DNA from: Escherichia coli
Lineage (GTDB): Bacteria; Pseudomonadota; Gammaproteobacteria; Enterobacterales; Enterobacteriaceae
DNA: 64,000 nucleotides
Reading direction: 5' to 3' (one strand)
NCBI RefSeq assembly: GCF_011045215.1
Contig: NZ_CP049201.1
The notes under the pieces were generated by a model, which worked only from the letters and a program-made list of their open reading frames with translations, did no database searches and was not told the origin of the DNA. Within the stretch, counting starts at the first letter, position 1; every line of letters begins with the position of its first letter. A program made the position numbers and the translations under genes. Below, piece by piece: positions 8,092 through 16,582 of this stretch.

Positions 8092-8147
8092 GTTATAGTT
8101 TTATTTGTGAATTAAATCAATTATGGCAATGAATTACAAGGGGTTAA

Positions 8148-8453
8148 ATGCTGCCGCAGCATGGCGATATTGAAATAGCCTGGTATGCTTCAATACAGCA
8201 GGAGCCGAATGGCTGGAAGACCGTCACCACACAGTTCTACATCCAGGAATTCAGTGAGTATATTGCGCCACTGCAGGATGCTGTAGATCTGGAAATCGCA
8301 ACGGAGGAAGAAAGATCGTTGCTGGAGGCATGGAATAAATATCGGGTATTGTTGAATCGTGTTGATACATCAGTAGCTCTGGGTATGAAGCTGTTTGTAA
8401 CTCATGTTACAGTAACAGCCATTACTATCTCGAAGGTGCAAAATGTATATTGA
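8148..8453 (+). pseudogene. tfaX: Tail fibre assembly gene remnant (tfaX-like), carrying only part of the Tfa C-terminal domain
   Basis: 101-aa ORF with ...[38 protein letters not shown]... but no Tfa N-terminal half, and a divergent C-terminal tail. Confidence 0.7.
8260..8373 (+). repeat. Direct repeat copy 2: tfa 3' segment (pairs with 4431-4543)
   Basis: tattgcgccactgcaggatgctgtagatctggaaatcgcaacggaggaagaaagatcgttgctggaggcatggaataaatatcgggta... Confidence 0.8.
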
Positions 8454-8581
8454 TTTGATATTTTATAAATTTACTTCGAATCTGGCACGTCAACTTTTGA
8501 TTAAAGTAATATCAGTTTTCGGCGAAAAAAGGACCGTGTACATGAGACGATTTCATACAAGAATAACAAAAATATGAATAT

Positions 8582-8615
8582 GCTCCCAATGCAATATATG
8601 TTTTGCATTGGGAGC
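8582..8615 (-). terminator. Rho-independent terminator candidate for the peptidase gene
   Basis: 12-bp stem gctcccaatgca / tgcattgggagc; the minus-strand reading is followed by a T-rich run. Confidence 0.55.
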
Positions 8616-8636
8616 AAATAGCGGAATATTTTGAAA

Positions 8637-10121
8637 TTATTGTATTTCTGCTTCAGAATTTCCTGGGCAGTATATATTTTCTATTTTTTGTGGAGTGATC
8701 AGGTGATGTACAACTGCTTTATCTACACATAAATTAACTCCGGTGAGAGCTAATGTATGCCCATCACCATTTATTGTTAGTAACGGGCTGGAAAATTTCT
8801 CTGCCATCTTACGGGCATTAATCCAGGGCGTTGTTGGATCGTATTTGTGTGCTACAAACAGTAAACCAGAGGGCAGAACAGTATTTTTCAGGCGAGTTTT
8901 GTTCAGGTCGCTATGTATTGGCCATAATTCACAAAAATCAGGTGAATCGGAACGTCCATTGTCAAAGTTAATAGCCGGGAAGGCATTCGCAAGAGCCTCT
9001 TTTCGGAATTTTCGCTCTTCTGGTGTTAATTGCTCATCCCCCTGATCTACACAAAGGATTACCCCCGAAGCATCACTTGACTCTTCTGAGGCTATCGGAG
9101 CACTGAGCGCAGTTTCAATTTCATTACTGACAATCCCCTGAGAGAACTGGCGTATGGCAGTTGCAAGGGTTGGCCATGATGAACGCCATAGCAGAAGGTC
9201 TGTTGTTAATGATATGAGTTCATCTGAAGATATATTTTCTCCCTTACTGTCTAATAAAGGTTTGTGATGTAATTTTGATAATAGCTCATGGAACTGAGTT
9301 ATTGCCTTATCTCTGTCTGAAGAAAGCGGGCAACTTTTTGTACGCGCACACCAGGATGCAAAGCGATCAAACGTTTCCTGATAACTCTGTGCCTGTTTGA
9401 GTTGCCATGTGAAGTTGTTCTCCAGGTCATCGATATCGACGACTCCATCAAGAACGATAGATCTTACGTTGTAGGGAAAACGTTCTGCATATAAGGCTGC
9501 AATTTGAGTTCCATACGAATACGCCACGGCTGTCAGTTGTTTATCCCCCAAGGCTTGCCTAATACGATCAATATCGTATACAGCCTCGTTAGAGCCGATA
9601 TGGCGAATGACTTCGGCTCCGGTATTATGGATACAGGCATTAATTTTATTTAATACTTGTTGCTTTTCGGTTATGTTTTCCTGAGTCTCTGTATCTGATT
9701 GTCGGCAGTTTATTGTCGGAGTGGACTGTCCGACGCCTCGAGGATCAAATCCAATAATATCCCATGACTCACGAAGATTTGTGACTGGCCAGTCAAAGTT
9801 AATATAAGGATTTATGCCTGGCAACCCGGGACCACCACTTATTATCAGGATACTTCCTTTATGCTTGCTTTTTGCCGGCAATTTTGTCAACGCTAGTTTG
9901 ACTTGTGATTTTTTTTCATAAGAAGCATCTCCGCCTGTGTCTGTATATTTTAATGGAACAGACAAATAACCACATAGTAAGTCAGGAGACGGTTTTTCCT
10001 CACCAAACCAGTGGTTGAATTGACTGGCCATACAGGATTGCCACTGTATCTGCTGGGCAGATACGGTTACTGGTAGAAGTAACGTTAAAACAACTTTGAA
10101 ATGAGTAATTATTTTTCGCAT
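8637..10121 (-). CDS. Secreted alpha/beta-hydrolase, S33-type (tripeptidyl/prolyl aminopeptidase-like) peptidase
   Basis: 494-aa ORF with an N-terminal signal peptide (MRKIITHFKVVLTLLLPVTVSA), a GGPGLPG oxyanion-type motif and a nucleophile elbow VAYSYGTQ (G-x-S-x-G variant). Confidence 0.65.
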   Translation of the reverse strand: MRKIITHFKVVLTLLLPVTVSAQQIQWQSCMASQFNHWFGEEKPSPDLLCGYLSVPLKYTDTGGDASYEKKSQVKLALTKLPAKSKHKGSILIISGGPGLPGINPYINFDWPVTNLRESWDIIGFDPRGVGQSTPTINCRQSDTETQENITEKQQVLNKINACIHNTGAEVIRHIGSNEAVYDIDRIRQALGDKQLTAVAYSYGTQIAALYAERFPYNVRSIVLDGVVDIDDLENNFTWQLKQAQSYQETFDRFASWCARTKSCPLSSDRDKAITQFHELLSKLHHKPLLDSKGENISSDELISLTTDLLLWRSSWPTLATAIRQFSQGIVSNEIETALSAPIASEESSDASGVILCVDQGDEQLTPEERKFRKEALANAFPAINFDNGRSDSPDFCELWPIHSDLNKTRLKNTVLPSGLLFVAHKYDPTTPWINARKMAEKFSSPLLTINGDGHTLALTGVNLCVDKAVVHHLITPQKIENIYCPGNSEAEIQ

Positions 10122-10260
10122 TGTGTCTCTGAATATCGGAATAAAGATAAAATTTGAATATATTGAGGTCTTGTGTTGCGGTAAGAGATTACACGTTATG
10201 ACATAGGTTAAATGCTTACAAAATTAGTGGATATTGTCTACTTGTAACTGTAAACAAATT

Positions 10261-10287
10261 CCCCGGGGTTATACAATACCACCGGGG
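10261..10287 (-). terminator. Hairpin (ccccgggg...ccgggg) downstream of ompT; candidate terminator
   Basis: GC-rich inverted repeat about 20-45 nt past the ompT stop on the minus strand. Confidence 0.4.
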
Positions 10288-10307
10288 AGAAAATCTGGTT
10301 AACTTCG

Positions 10308-11261
10308 TTAAAAGGTGTACTTAAGACCAGCAGTAGTGATGAAGTTATAGTTTTCTATGCCTGCACCATTTTTGCTGTAGTCTGAAGTGTTATCATTGTG
10401 ATCATAAAGTGAAGTATTACCTTTTTTATTCGTAACCCGATTCCATGCGCCTTCAACATAAACTTTTGCGTTAGGTGTTACGTAATAACCTGCATTGACT
10501 GCAACAGAATAGTAATTTTGGTCTTTGACCTTACTGCGATAAGTGATTCTTTTTCCCGGGTCATAGTGTTCATCGTTATCAGATGATTCCACCCAGCCGC
10601 TGTATTTAAATGTGCCACCGAGTTCAAAATCTTCATAACGATAACTTCCAGTCAAGCCAATGTAGGGCATTTTAAAACGTTGTTTGTAGCCGATTGCTCT
10701 TTCTCCATTCGGGAAGGAGCCGATATCATCTCTGAATCCCTCCTCAGAACTGTAGATATAGGAACCACCTCTGGCTGTAAAGCTATAACGGCTTTCCTGA
10801 TATCCGGCCATGAGTCCCAGGCGGTAATTGGGTTCGTTGAGGAGCCAGCCTTTGATATTCAGATCAAATTCGTTGGCATAATTGAGTTGTGTATCAGGGT
10901 GCTTACTTTCATCTGTCCAGGTTCCGGGGTTACTGGAATCCATCCAGTCCTGATCGACCATATTGCCACCCCGGCTGCCGAGAGTAGTCCAGCCCGCAGC
11001 CCCAATAGATATCTGGGGCATCAAATCCCAATTAATTGCACCTTTAATAATTGCAGCGTTATTGAATTTCCAGTCGAGTTGACTGACTTTTCGGCCTCCT
11101 TCTTCAGCTAGATAAACGCGCTCTTTTGTTTTTCCGCTCAGAGTTCCAAGACTAATGTCCACATTTATGTTGTCAGGAGTAAACGATATAGTCTCGGTAG
11201 AAGCAAAAGAGCTGATCGCAATAGGGGTTGTCAGGACTATTCCCAGAAGTTTCGCCCGCAT
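10308..11261 (-). CDS. ompT: Outer-membrane protease VII (omptin)
   Basis: 317-aa product MRAKLLGIVLTTPIAISSFASTETISFTPDNINVDISLGTLSGKTKERVYLAEEGG... matches OmpT nearly residue for residue. Confidence 0.95.
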   Translation of the reverse strand: MRAKLLGIVLTTPIAISSFASTETISFTPDNINVDISLGTLSGKTKERVYLAEEGGRKVSQLDWKFNNAAIIKGAINWDLMPQISIGAAGWTTLGSRGGNMVDQDWMDSSNPGTWTDESKHPDTQLNYANEFDLNIKGWLLNEPNYRLGLMAGYQESRYSFTARGGSYIYSSEEGFRDDIGSFPNGERAIGYKQRFKMPYIGLTGSYRYEDFELGGTFKYSGWVESSDNDEHYDPGKRITYRSKVKDQNYYSVAVNAGYYVTPNAKVYVEGAWNRVTNKKGNTSLYDHNDNTSDYSKNGAGIENYNFITTAGLKYTF

Positions 11262-11684
11262 AAAAGTTCTCCATTCAATCGTTTTAATGATTGAATATGT
11301 ATTTTTTATATCTAACTTAATGAGTCAATTACATATTGCTCCACTGTTTATATTTTGTTTAGTATTGAATGATTATCACAATGCGCTATCTATTTTTGGT
11401 TTAATTATCTGTTATTGTTTCATATTGCGGTTTTACTGTGTGTTTTTTTTATGCTTTTGTGGTGCTTTTATCTATTTAAGTGCCATGCCTTTAGAGGCAT
11501 ATAAGCGAAAATAGCACGAGGTTTATCCTCAATTGCTATGTTTTTTAGTACAAAAAAGAGGGACAAAACTGAGACACATAAGGCCTCACAATGGCTTGCA
11601 AGGCTTTACATGTTTTGAGGTAGTGGGACGTGTGAGCGCAGAGATGGCGCGGTAAGTTGTTGACTTAAAATGTCGTTCTAGGAA

Positions 11685-11729
11685 CTTCTAAGTCGTGGGC
11701 CGCAGGTTCGAATCCTGCAGGGCGCGCCA
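11685..11729 (+). other. Prophage attR: duplicated 3' ~45 nt of tRNA-Arg (argU); a tRNA fragment, not a functional gene
   Basis: cttctaagtcgtgggccgcaggttcgaatcctgcagggcgcgcca is the 3' half of argU, with no matching 5' half or D-arm upstream. This is the expected right junction of an argU-integrated prophage. Confidence 0.85.
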
Positions 11730-11774
11730 TTTCTTCTTCATTTATGCCCGTCTTATCCGTTTCCGCTTTGCCCT

Positions 11775-12536
11775 TCACCACATCACTTTTTGTCGCTGTT
11801 TGGCGAGATAATTCAACGGTGTCAGGCCGTAAAACGCCTTAAAAACAGAGATAAAGTACGACGTGCTGCTATAGCCACATAATTGCGCCACCTGAGTGAT
11901 ATTTTTGTTATCCATCAATAACATCTGTACGGCGTAACGCATACGACACTCTGTGACAATCTGGCTATAGCTGGTATTTTCGTTTTTTAATTTCTTTTTG
12001 AGCAGGCTGGGGCTTAAACATAGCGAACTGGCGACAATTCGCAGATTCCAGTAATGCTGAATATCGCTTTGAATAATGCGGCAGACGCTGTCGCGGACGC
12101 TGCTGCGTAAGATATACATCAGTAGGGCAATAAACCGCGATTGCTCAAGAAAGTTAGACAATACGGTAAAAAGCAATGCGCGCGTCAACTCCGCTTCGCA
12201 GGGTTTGCTGGGTTGCTGCTTGCTGTGGTTGGCGGCTAGCCGGAACACTTCCGGTGTACGGCTATGACAAGCGATAACCGGGGTAGCCAGCCGCGACCAG
12301 GGCTTTACACAGGTTAAGTTCTTATTTAAAAACAACAGATAATCGTTGATGATGTTACGGTTGATGTGGGTGATTAATACGTGATTTAACGTTGAGAGTT
12401 CAATGACGTTATTGTTGCACGCGAAGGCGGCCAGGTAGTTTTTCGGAAGGGTAAACGTAGCATGGTTATTGACGCTTACCTCTACCTCTTTTTCGGTCAG
12501 GATCACCACGCAAGGTTCACTGCTGCTCAATTGCAT
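11775..12536 (-). CDS. envY: AraC-family transcriptional regulator EnvY (porin thermoregulation)
   Basis: 253-aa product MQLSSSEPCVVILTEKEVEVSVNNHATFTLPKNYLAAFACNNNVIELS... with a C-terminal AraC HTH. Confidence 0.9.
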   Translation of the reverse strand: MQLSSSEPCVVILTEKEVEVSVNNHATFTLPKNYLAAFACNNNVIELSTLNHVLITHINRNIINDYLLFLNKNLTCVKPWSRLATPVIACHSRTPEVFRLAANHSKQQPSKPCEAELTRALLFTVLSNFLEQSRFIALLMYILRSSVRDSVCRIIQSDIQHYWNLRIVASSLCLSPSLLKKKLKNENTSYSQIVTECRMRYAVQMLLMDNKNITQVAQLCGYSSTSYFISVFKAFYGLTPLNYLAKQRQKVMW

Positions 12537-12718
12537 TTCGCACTCCTCAGATATCAGAAACTCCGCTCAAAGGATCTATGCTTCCTGCATGAGTGATCGG
12601 CCCGTTCGCCGATAACGATCTTCTTTCTTTAGCATGCTTTTTAGCAATTAATCTTGATGGAATTCTGACGAGAGCGAAAGAGGTAAGCCAGGTCGTACCC
12701 GACTTACCTGGAGGAGAT

Positions 12719-13609
12719 TTAATACTCGAGAATGCCGTGCGCGACGGGCAAATAGCGCAGAGAGAAATAGAGAGTGTCTTTACCGCAAGAGGAACGTTTC
12801 GCTAACAGCGAGGCAATTTCTGCGTCCGGTTTCGGTTTCGCTGTAAAGGTTTTGCCTTTGCCGGCGACAAACAGTTCATAAACAATGCCGCTTGCTGGGG
12901 CGGAGCTTTGGCAATCGGCGCTGGCCTGTAGATAACGTTCACGCTGTTCAGCGGTAAGTTTATTCACGCCGCTGCCATCCTGTACCCAGACATTAACGCC
13001 GGTTGCTTTAACGTGTTCCAGCAGTTGGCGATAGCCATCGGGCGACATGTTTCCGGCGAAAAAACTACTGATATAAACCGGTTTTGCTGAAACATCGCTA
13101 ATCAGCCGCTGCGCGTTGTTTAACCATGTTAGCAAAGGCTGACGGGCGGCTTCGCTGCGCCAGTTCAGGTCGTCAATTTCCGCGCTGATGTACCAGCCAT
13201 CCGGCGTTACGCCAGGCGCGGCGCTCCATAATCTGGCTTGCTGGAGATCGGCAGCCAGCAGGCGATTAAGATAGCTTTCCAGCGCTGCGGACGACTGTTT
13301 CTGGTGCATAAAAAATTCCGGATCGGCGTTCAGCCCGACAATCAGCTTCAGGCCAGCCTGTTGCGCAGCTGCGGCCCGCTTAAACAATAACGTGCGCTGT
13401 TCTGGCTGGGTAAATGCATCGCCGTAACGGGTCCATTGCAAAACCAGGGTATCGAAGCCTTGCAAACGTAACTGACTCATCAGCCCCTGCCACTGGGTAT
13501 CGGTAACCTGACTATCACGGTTTTGTGGTTGCCAGATAATACCTTTCATCGCAAAGGAAAAAGGGCTGACCAAAAGCAGTGTCAGCAATACGAAAATGAA
13601 CTTACGCAT
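12719..13609 (-). CDS. ybcH: DUF4434-family periplasmic protein YbcH
   Basis: 296-aa product with signal peptide MRKFIFVLLTLLLVSPFSFA; matches YbcH. Confidence 0.85.
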   Translation of the reverse strand: MRKFIFVLLTLLLVSPFSFAMKGIIWQPQNRDSQVTDTQWQGLMSQLRLQGFDTLVLQWTRYGDAFTQPEQRTLLFKRAAAAQQAGLKLIVGLNADPEFFMHQKQSSAALESYLNRLLAADLQQARLWSAAPGVTPDGWYISAEIDDLNWRSEAARQPLLTWLNNAQRLISDVSAKPVYISSFFAGNMSPDGYRQLLEHVKATGVNVWVQDGSGVNKLTAEQRERYLQASADCQSSAPASGIVYELFVAGKGKTFTAKPKPDAEIASLLAKRSSCGKDTLYFSLRYLPVAHGILEY

Positions 13610-16582
13610 TTACCAGTGCACTCCAATGGTGAGAAACGCGTTGTTGCGCTCTCCGTTACGTTGATTAATCGCCTTAAAGGTATGTTGATACTCGACGCCG
13701 AGACTGACTTTGTGCGGCCAGGCGTCGTAGTGCGTCTCGCCGGTCCAGATATTCCAGCGGACCCCGACACCGCCAAGCTGCGCGCCCTGAGTGCCTTTAT
13801 CACGATAGCCGTTGTCCTGAACGTGAGCGTAAGGCTCAATAGTCTGTCCGTTAGCTACCTTCTGATGCCAGCTGACGCGATAATCTGCCGTCCACGCCTG
13901 AATATCCTGGCGGATATATTGCGCCGCATCGAGGTACAGGTTTTGGGCAAACCAGCCTGAACCGCTCGGGTGCCATTCGTCGCTGTATTTGCCGCCATTA
14001 AAGAATGAGGCGCTGGCGCGCAGCATGGTATCGGATGCGCCATTTTGCCCGTTCAGCGGCAACTGCTGTTCGACGGCGAGGAAAAAGATCTGATCGCGCA
14101 GCGGCTTCCAGCGTAGACCGGTGCCGGACATCGGATTTTTCACCGGCATCATCACCCCGTTTTCTCCGGTATCGGCAAAGACGCGGCTATAAACTGAAAG
14201 CAGGTCGCCTTCCAGCAGCATATTTCGTCCGATGCGGTATTCGGCTTCCAGTTGCCCGTAGCTACGATAGCTTTTCCCTGGCGCTGCGCCGCCGACATTA
14301 TTGTTAGCGGTACTCATTGCGCCGGAACGCAAGCCGATGGAAGAATCGAAACTGAACGTCCAGCGGCGACCGACCTCCTCATGCAAACGGCGGAAATTGA
14401 AGCGTTGCTGATTTTGTTCTGGCGTCAATGGGGTTATCAGCGCCTGATTATCAATGTCATCAATCACCAGCCGGGCGTAGTGCTGCGTCGCAGGCATGTC
14501 ATCCAGACGCTGGTTCACGTAGGCCAGTTGTCGGATCAGTGCCGGATCGTCCGGAAGCCCTTTTTGCGCCTGTTCGAGCATTTCCCGCGACTGTGCGATA
14601 TCACCGCTATCCCACAAGGCGTAACCAAGCGCTGCCTGGATGTTGCTATTATTCGGTTCCAGTTCCAGCGCGGCGCGCAAATCACTCACCGCGGCCGGGA
14701 CATTATGACGTTGGCGATAAATTGTCGCCCGCGCAACGTAAGCGTTGGCAGAAGGCGCAATATTGATTGAGCGCGTGAGATCGTTCAGTGCGAGTTCCGG
14801 CTGACCAGGAATGTAACGTTGCGCATGCAGCCACCAGTAGAGGGCATTGCTTCCCAGTCCACGTTGTTCTGCCTGTTGTAGCCAGCGATCGCGAGCCGCA
14901 CCATTTCCTGCCGCCTGGGCGGTATTGGCAGCAGCAAGCAGATCCTCATTGCTCATGTCGTGAAGACTGATTTTCTGCCAGGCCGCCAGTGCGGTGGCGT
15001 AGTCCTCAACCTGATACGCCTGATAGGCTACCGCACGATGTTGCCAGGCGTTCGGTTGTCGTTGTTCGGCCTGAAGCCATGCATACAACGCCACACCGGG
15101 TAGCGTGTCCCGATAACACTTTGCCAGACGGTTCCAGGCGGCGGCATCGTAGGAAGGCGACATATCGCCCAGCAAGCGAACTATTGCCGGGCAATTATCT
15201 GCAATACCCGGCAACTGACTTTGCCACTGACGTTGCTCCGCCAGCGGTAAGGGTTTCGATAAAATCGCCACCTTCGCCGGCGTTGCCAGGTAAGGATGAC
15301 TTTCCAGCAGAGACGCCAGTCGCGCCATTAAAGTCTGGCTGATACGCGCATCGCCCTGGAAAGGATAGCGTTGCAGCAATAAATCGGCAGCTTCCCGTGA
15401 CTGCTCGTTCTGCATCAGTTGCCAGGTTAGTTGATCCAGGCGGGTAAGATTTGCCGGTTCTTGCTGATACAGCAAGCGTGCCAGACGCAGAGCTTCAGCC
15501 TTGTTACGGGTCGCCACGCTGACAGCATAACGCTCCTCAAGCATTTCATTGGCGGGGAGGGTGGCGAGCAGTTTTTGCGCTGCGTCGTACTGACCTTCTT
15601 TTAACAGCACCGGTAGCGTCGCGCCAACAACATACTGGCGGTTATCGGCAAACTGCACCGTATAATTCGCCAATGCCTGAACGGGGTTGGCGCTGTATTT
15701 AGATAACAGATAGAGCCAACTTTTCTCTTGTGCGTCCGTGGTAAACAGCGGCTTATTTTCAATGAGATAATGCTGGAGGCGTGCTTTTTCGCCACGATAA
15801 GCCAGCGCGGTCGCGTAAGTAATATATGACTGAGGATCGGTGAAGATCCCCTGTGATTGCAGTGCCAGGATCCGATCGTCCAGCTGCCCGGCAAGAAGCA
15901 CGTCAAACCACTGACGGCGTTCTGCCGCGCTTAATGTGTTCTGCTGGCGTGCTTCATTGTATAGCGTATCTGCCTGGGACCATTGTTTCAGGTAGATTGC
16001 CCGTTGCAGCAGATCGGTTCGCAGCGTTTTTCCTTCCGGCGATGCAGCAAACGTCGCATCGTTCAGTTGCGCTCTGGCGACAGGTAACTGTGCCAGCCGC
16101 AGGGCATTCTGCCCGACTTCACTGCGACAACGCAGGGTCGGCGCAGCATCGCACGCTTTTTGCTGGGCAAGCAGTTCTTCAACAGTTGTAATGCTTTTCA
16201 CTTCAACCGGAATAGCCGCCAGACTGCGCTCAAGTCGGGCATCTCCTGGGTGACGTTTCAGTTGATCCTCAAGCAACAGCCGCGCCCGGTCATCATGACC
16301 AAAATGGCGATAGGCTTCCGCAAGGTATAAAGTCAGCGGAATATTATCCGGCACCTGCTGGTGTATATATTCAAATTCGCGGATGGCGGTTGCTTCGTCG
16401 TTATTTTTCTGTGCCTTCAGCGCCTTATCGAGACGGGGATAAATAACAAAATGGCGATAATCGCTCAGCCCCAGCTCTTCTGCGCTGGTGCCGATATTGT
16501 CTGCGAGTGCGCTGGTACTCAATAAAGACGTCAGCAGTAAACCAGACCATCCGATGACGCGATTAAGGTTATTCTCCTTCAT
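13610..16582 (-). CDS. nfrA: Bacteriophage N4 adsorption protein A (outer-membrane TPR protein)
   Basis: 990-aa product from MKENNLNRVIGWSGLLLTSLLSTSALA (the ORF track has an in-frame 7-codon upstream extension); TPR-rich with a C-terminal beta-barrel-like region. Confidence 0.9.
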   Translation of the reverse strand: MKENNLNRVIGWSGLLLTSLLSTSALADNIGTSAEELGLSDYRHFVIYPRLDKALKAQKNNDEATAIREFEYIHQQVPDNIPLTLYLAEAYRHFGHDDRARLLLEDQLKRHPGDARLERSLAAIPVEVKSITTVEELLAQQKACDAAPTLRCRSEVGQNALRLAQLPVARAQLNDATFAASPEGKTLRTDLLQRAIYLKQWSQADTLYNEARQQNTLSAAERRQWFDVLLAGQLDDRILALQSQGIFTDPQSYITYATALAYRGEKARLQHYLIENKPLFTTDAQEKSWLYLLSKYSANPVQALANYTVQFADNRQYVVGATLPVLLKEGQYDAAQKLLATLPANEMLEERYAVSVATRNKAEALRLARLLYQQEPANLTRLDQLTWQLMQNEQSREAADLLLQRYPFQGDARISQTLMARLASLLESHPYLATPAKVAILSKPLPLAEQRQWQSQLPGIADNCPAIVRLLGDMSPSYDAAAWNRLAKCYRDTLPGVALYAWLQAEQRQPNAWQHRAVAYQAYQVEDYATALAAWQKISLHDMSNEDLLAAANTAQAAGNGAARDRWLQQAEQRGLGSNALYWWLHAQRYIPGQPELALNDLTRSINIAPSANAYVARATIYRQRHNVPAAVSDLRAALELEPNNSNIQAALGYALWDSGDIAQSREMLEQAQKGLPDDPALIRQLAYVNQRLDDMPATQHYARLVIDDIDNQALITPLTPEQNQQRFNFRRLHEEVGRRWTFSFDSSIGLRSGAMSTANNNVGGAAPGKSYRSYGQLEAEYRIGRNMLLEGDLLSVYSRVFADTGENGVMMPVKNPMSGTGLRWKPLRDQIFFLAVEQQLPLNGQNGASDTMLRASASFFNGGKYSDEWHPSGSGWFAQNLYLDAAQYIRQDIQAWTADYRVSWHQKVANGQTIEPYAHVQDNGYRDKGTQGAQLGGVGVRWNIWTGETHYDAWPHKVSLGVEYQHTFKAINQRNGERNNAFLTIGVHW

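Noticed and set aside
11155-11514. 119-aa ORF upstream of ompT
   Set aside because: It overlaps the ompT start codon and promoter in AT-rich DNA, and its Phe/Ile/Leu-rich translation is typical of AT-rich non-coding sequence.
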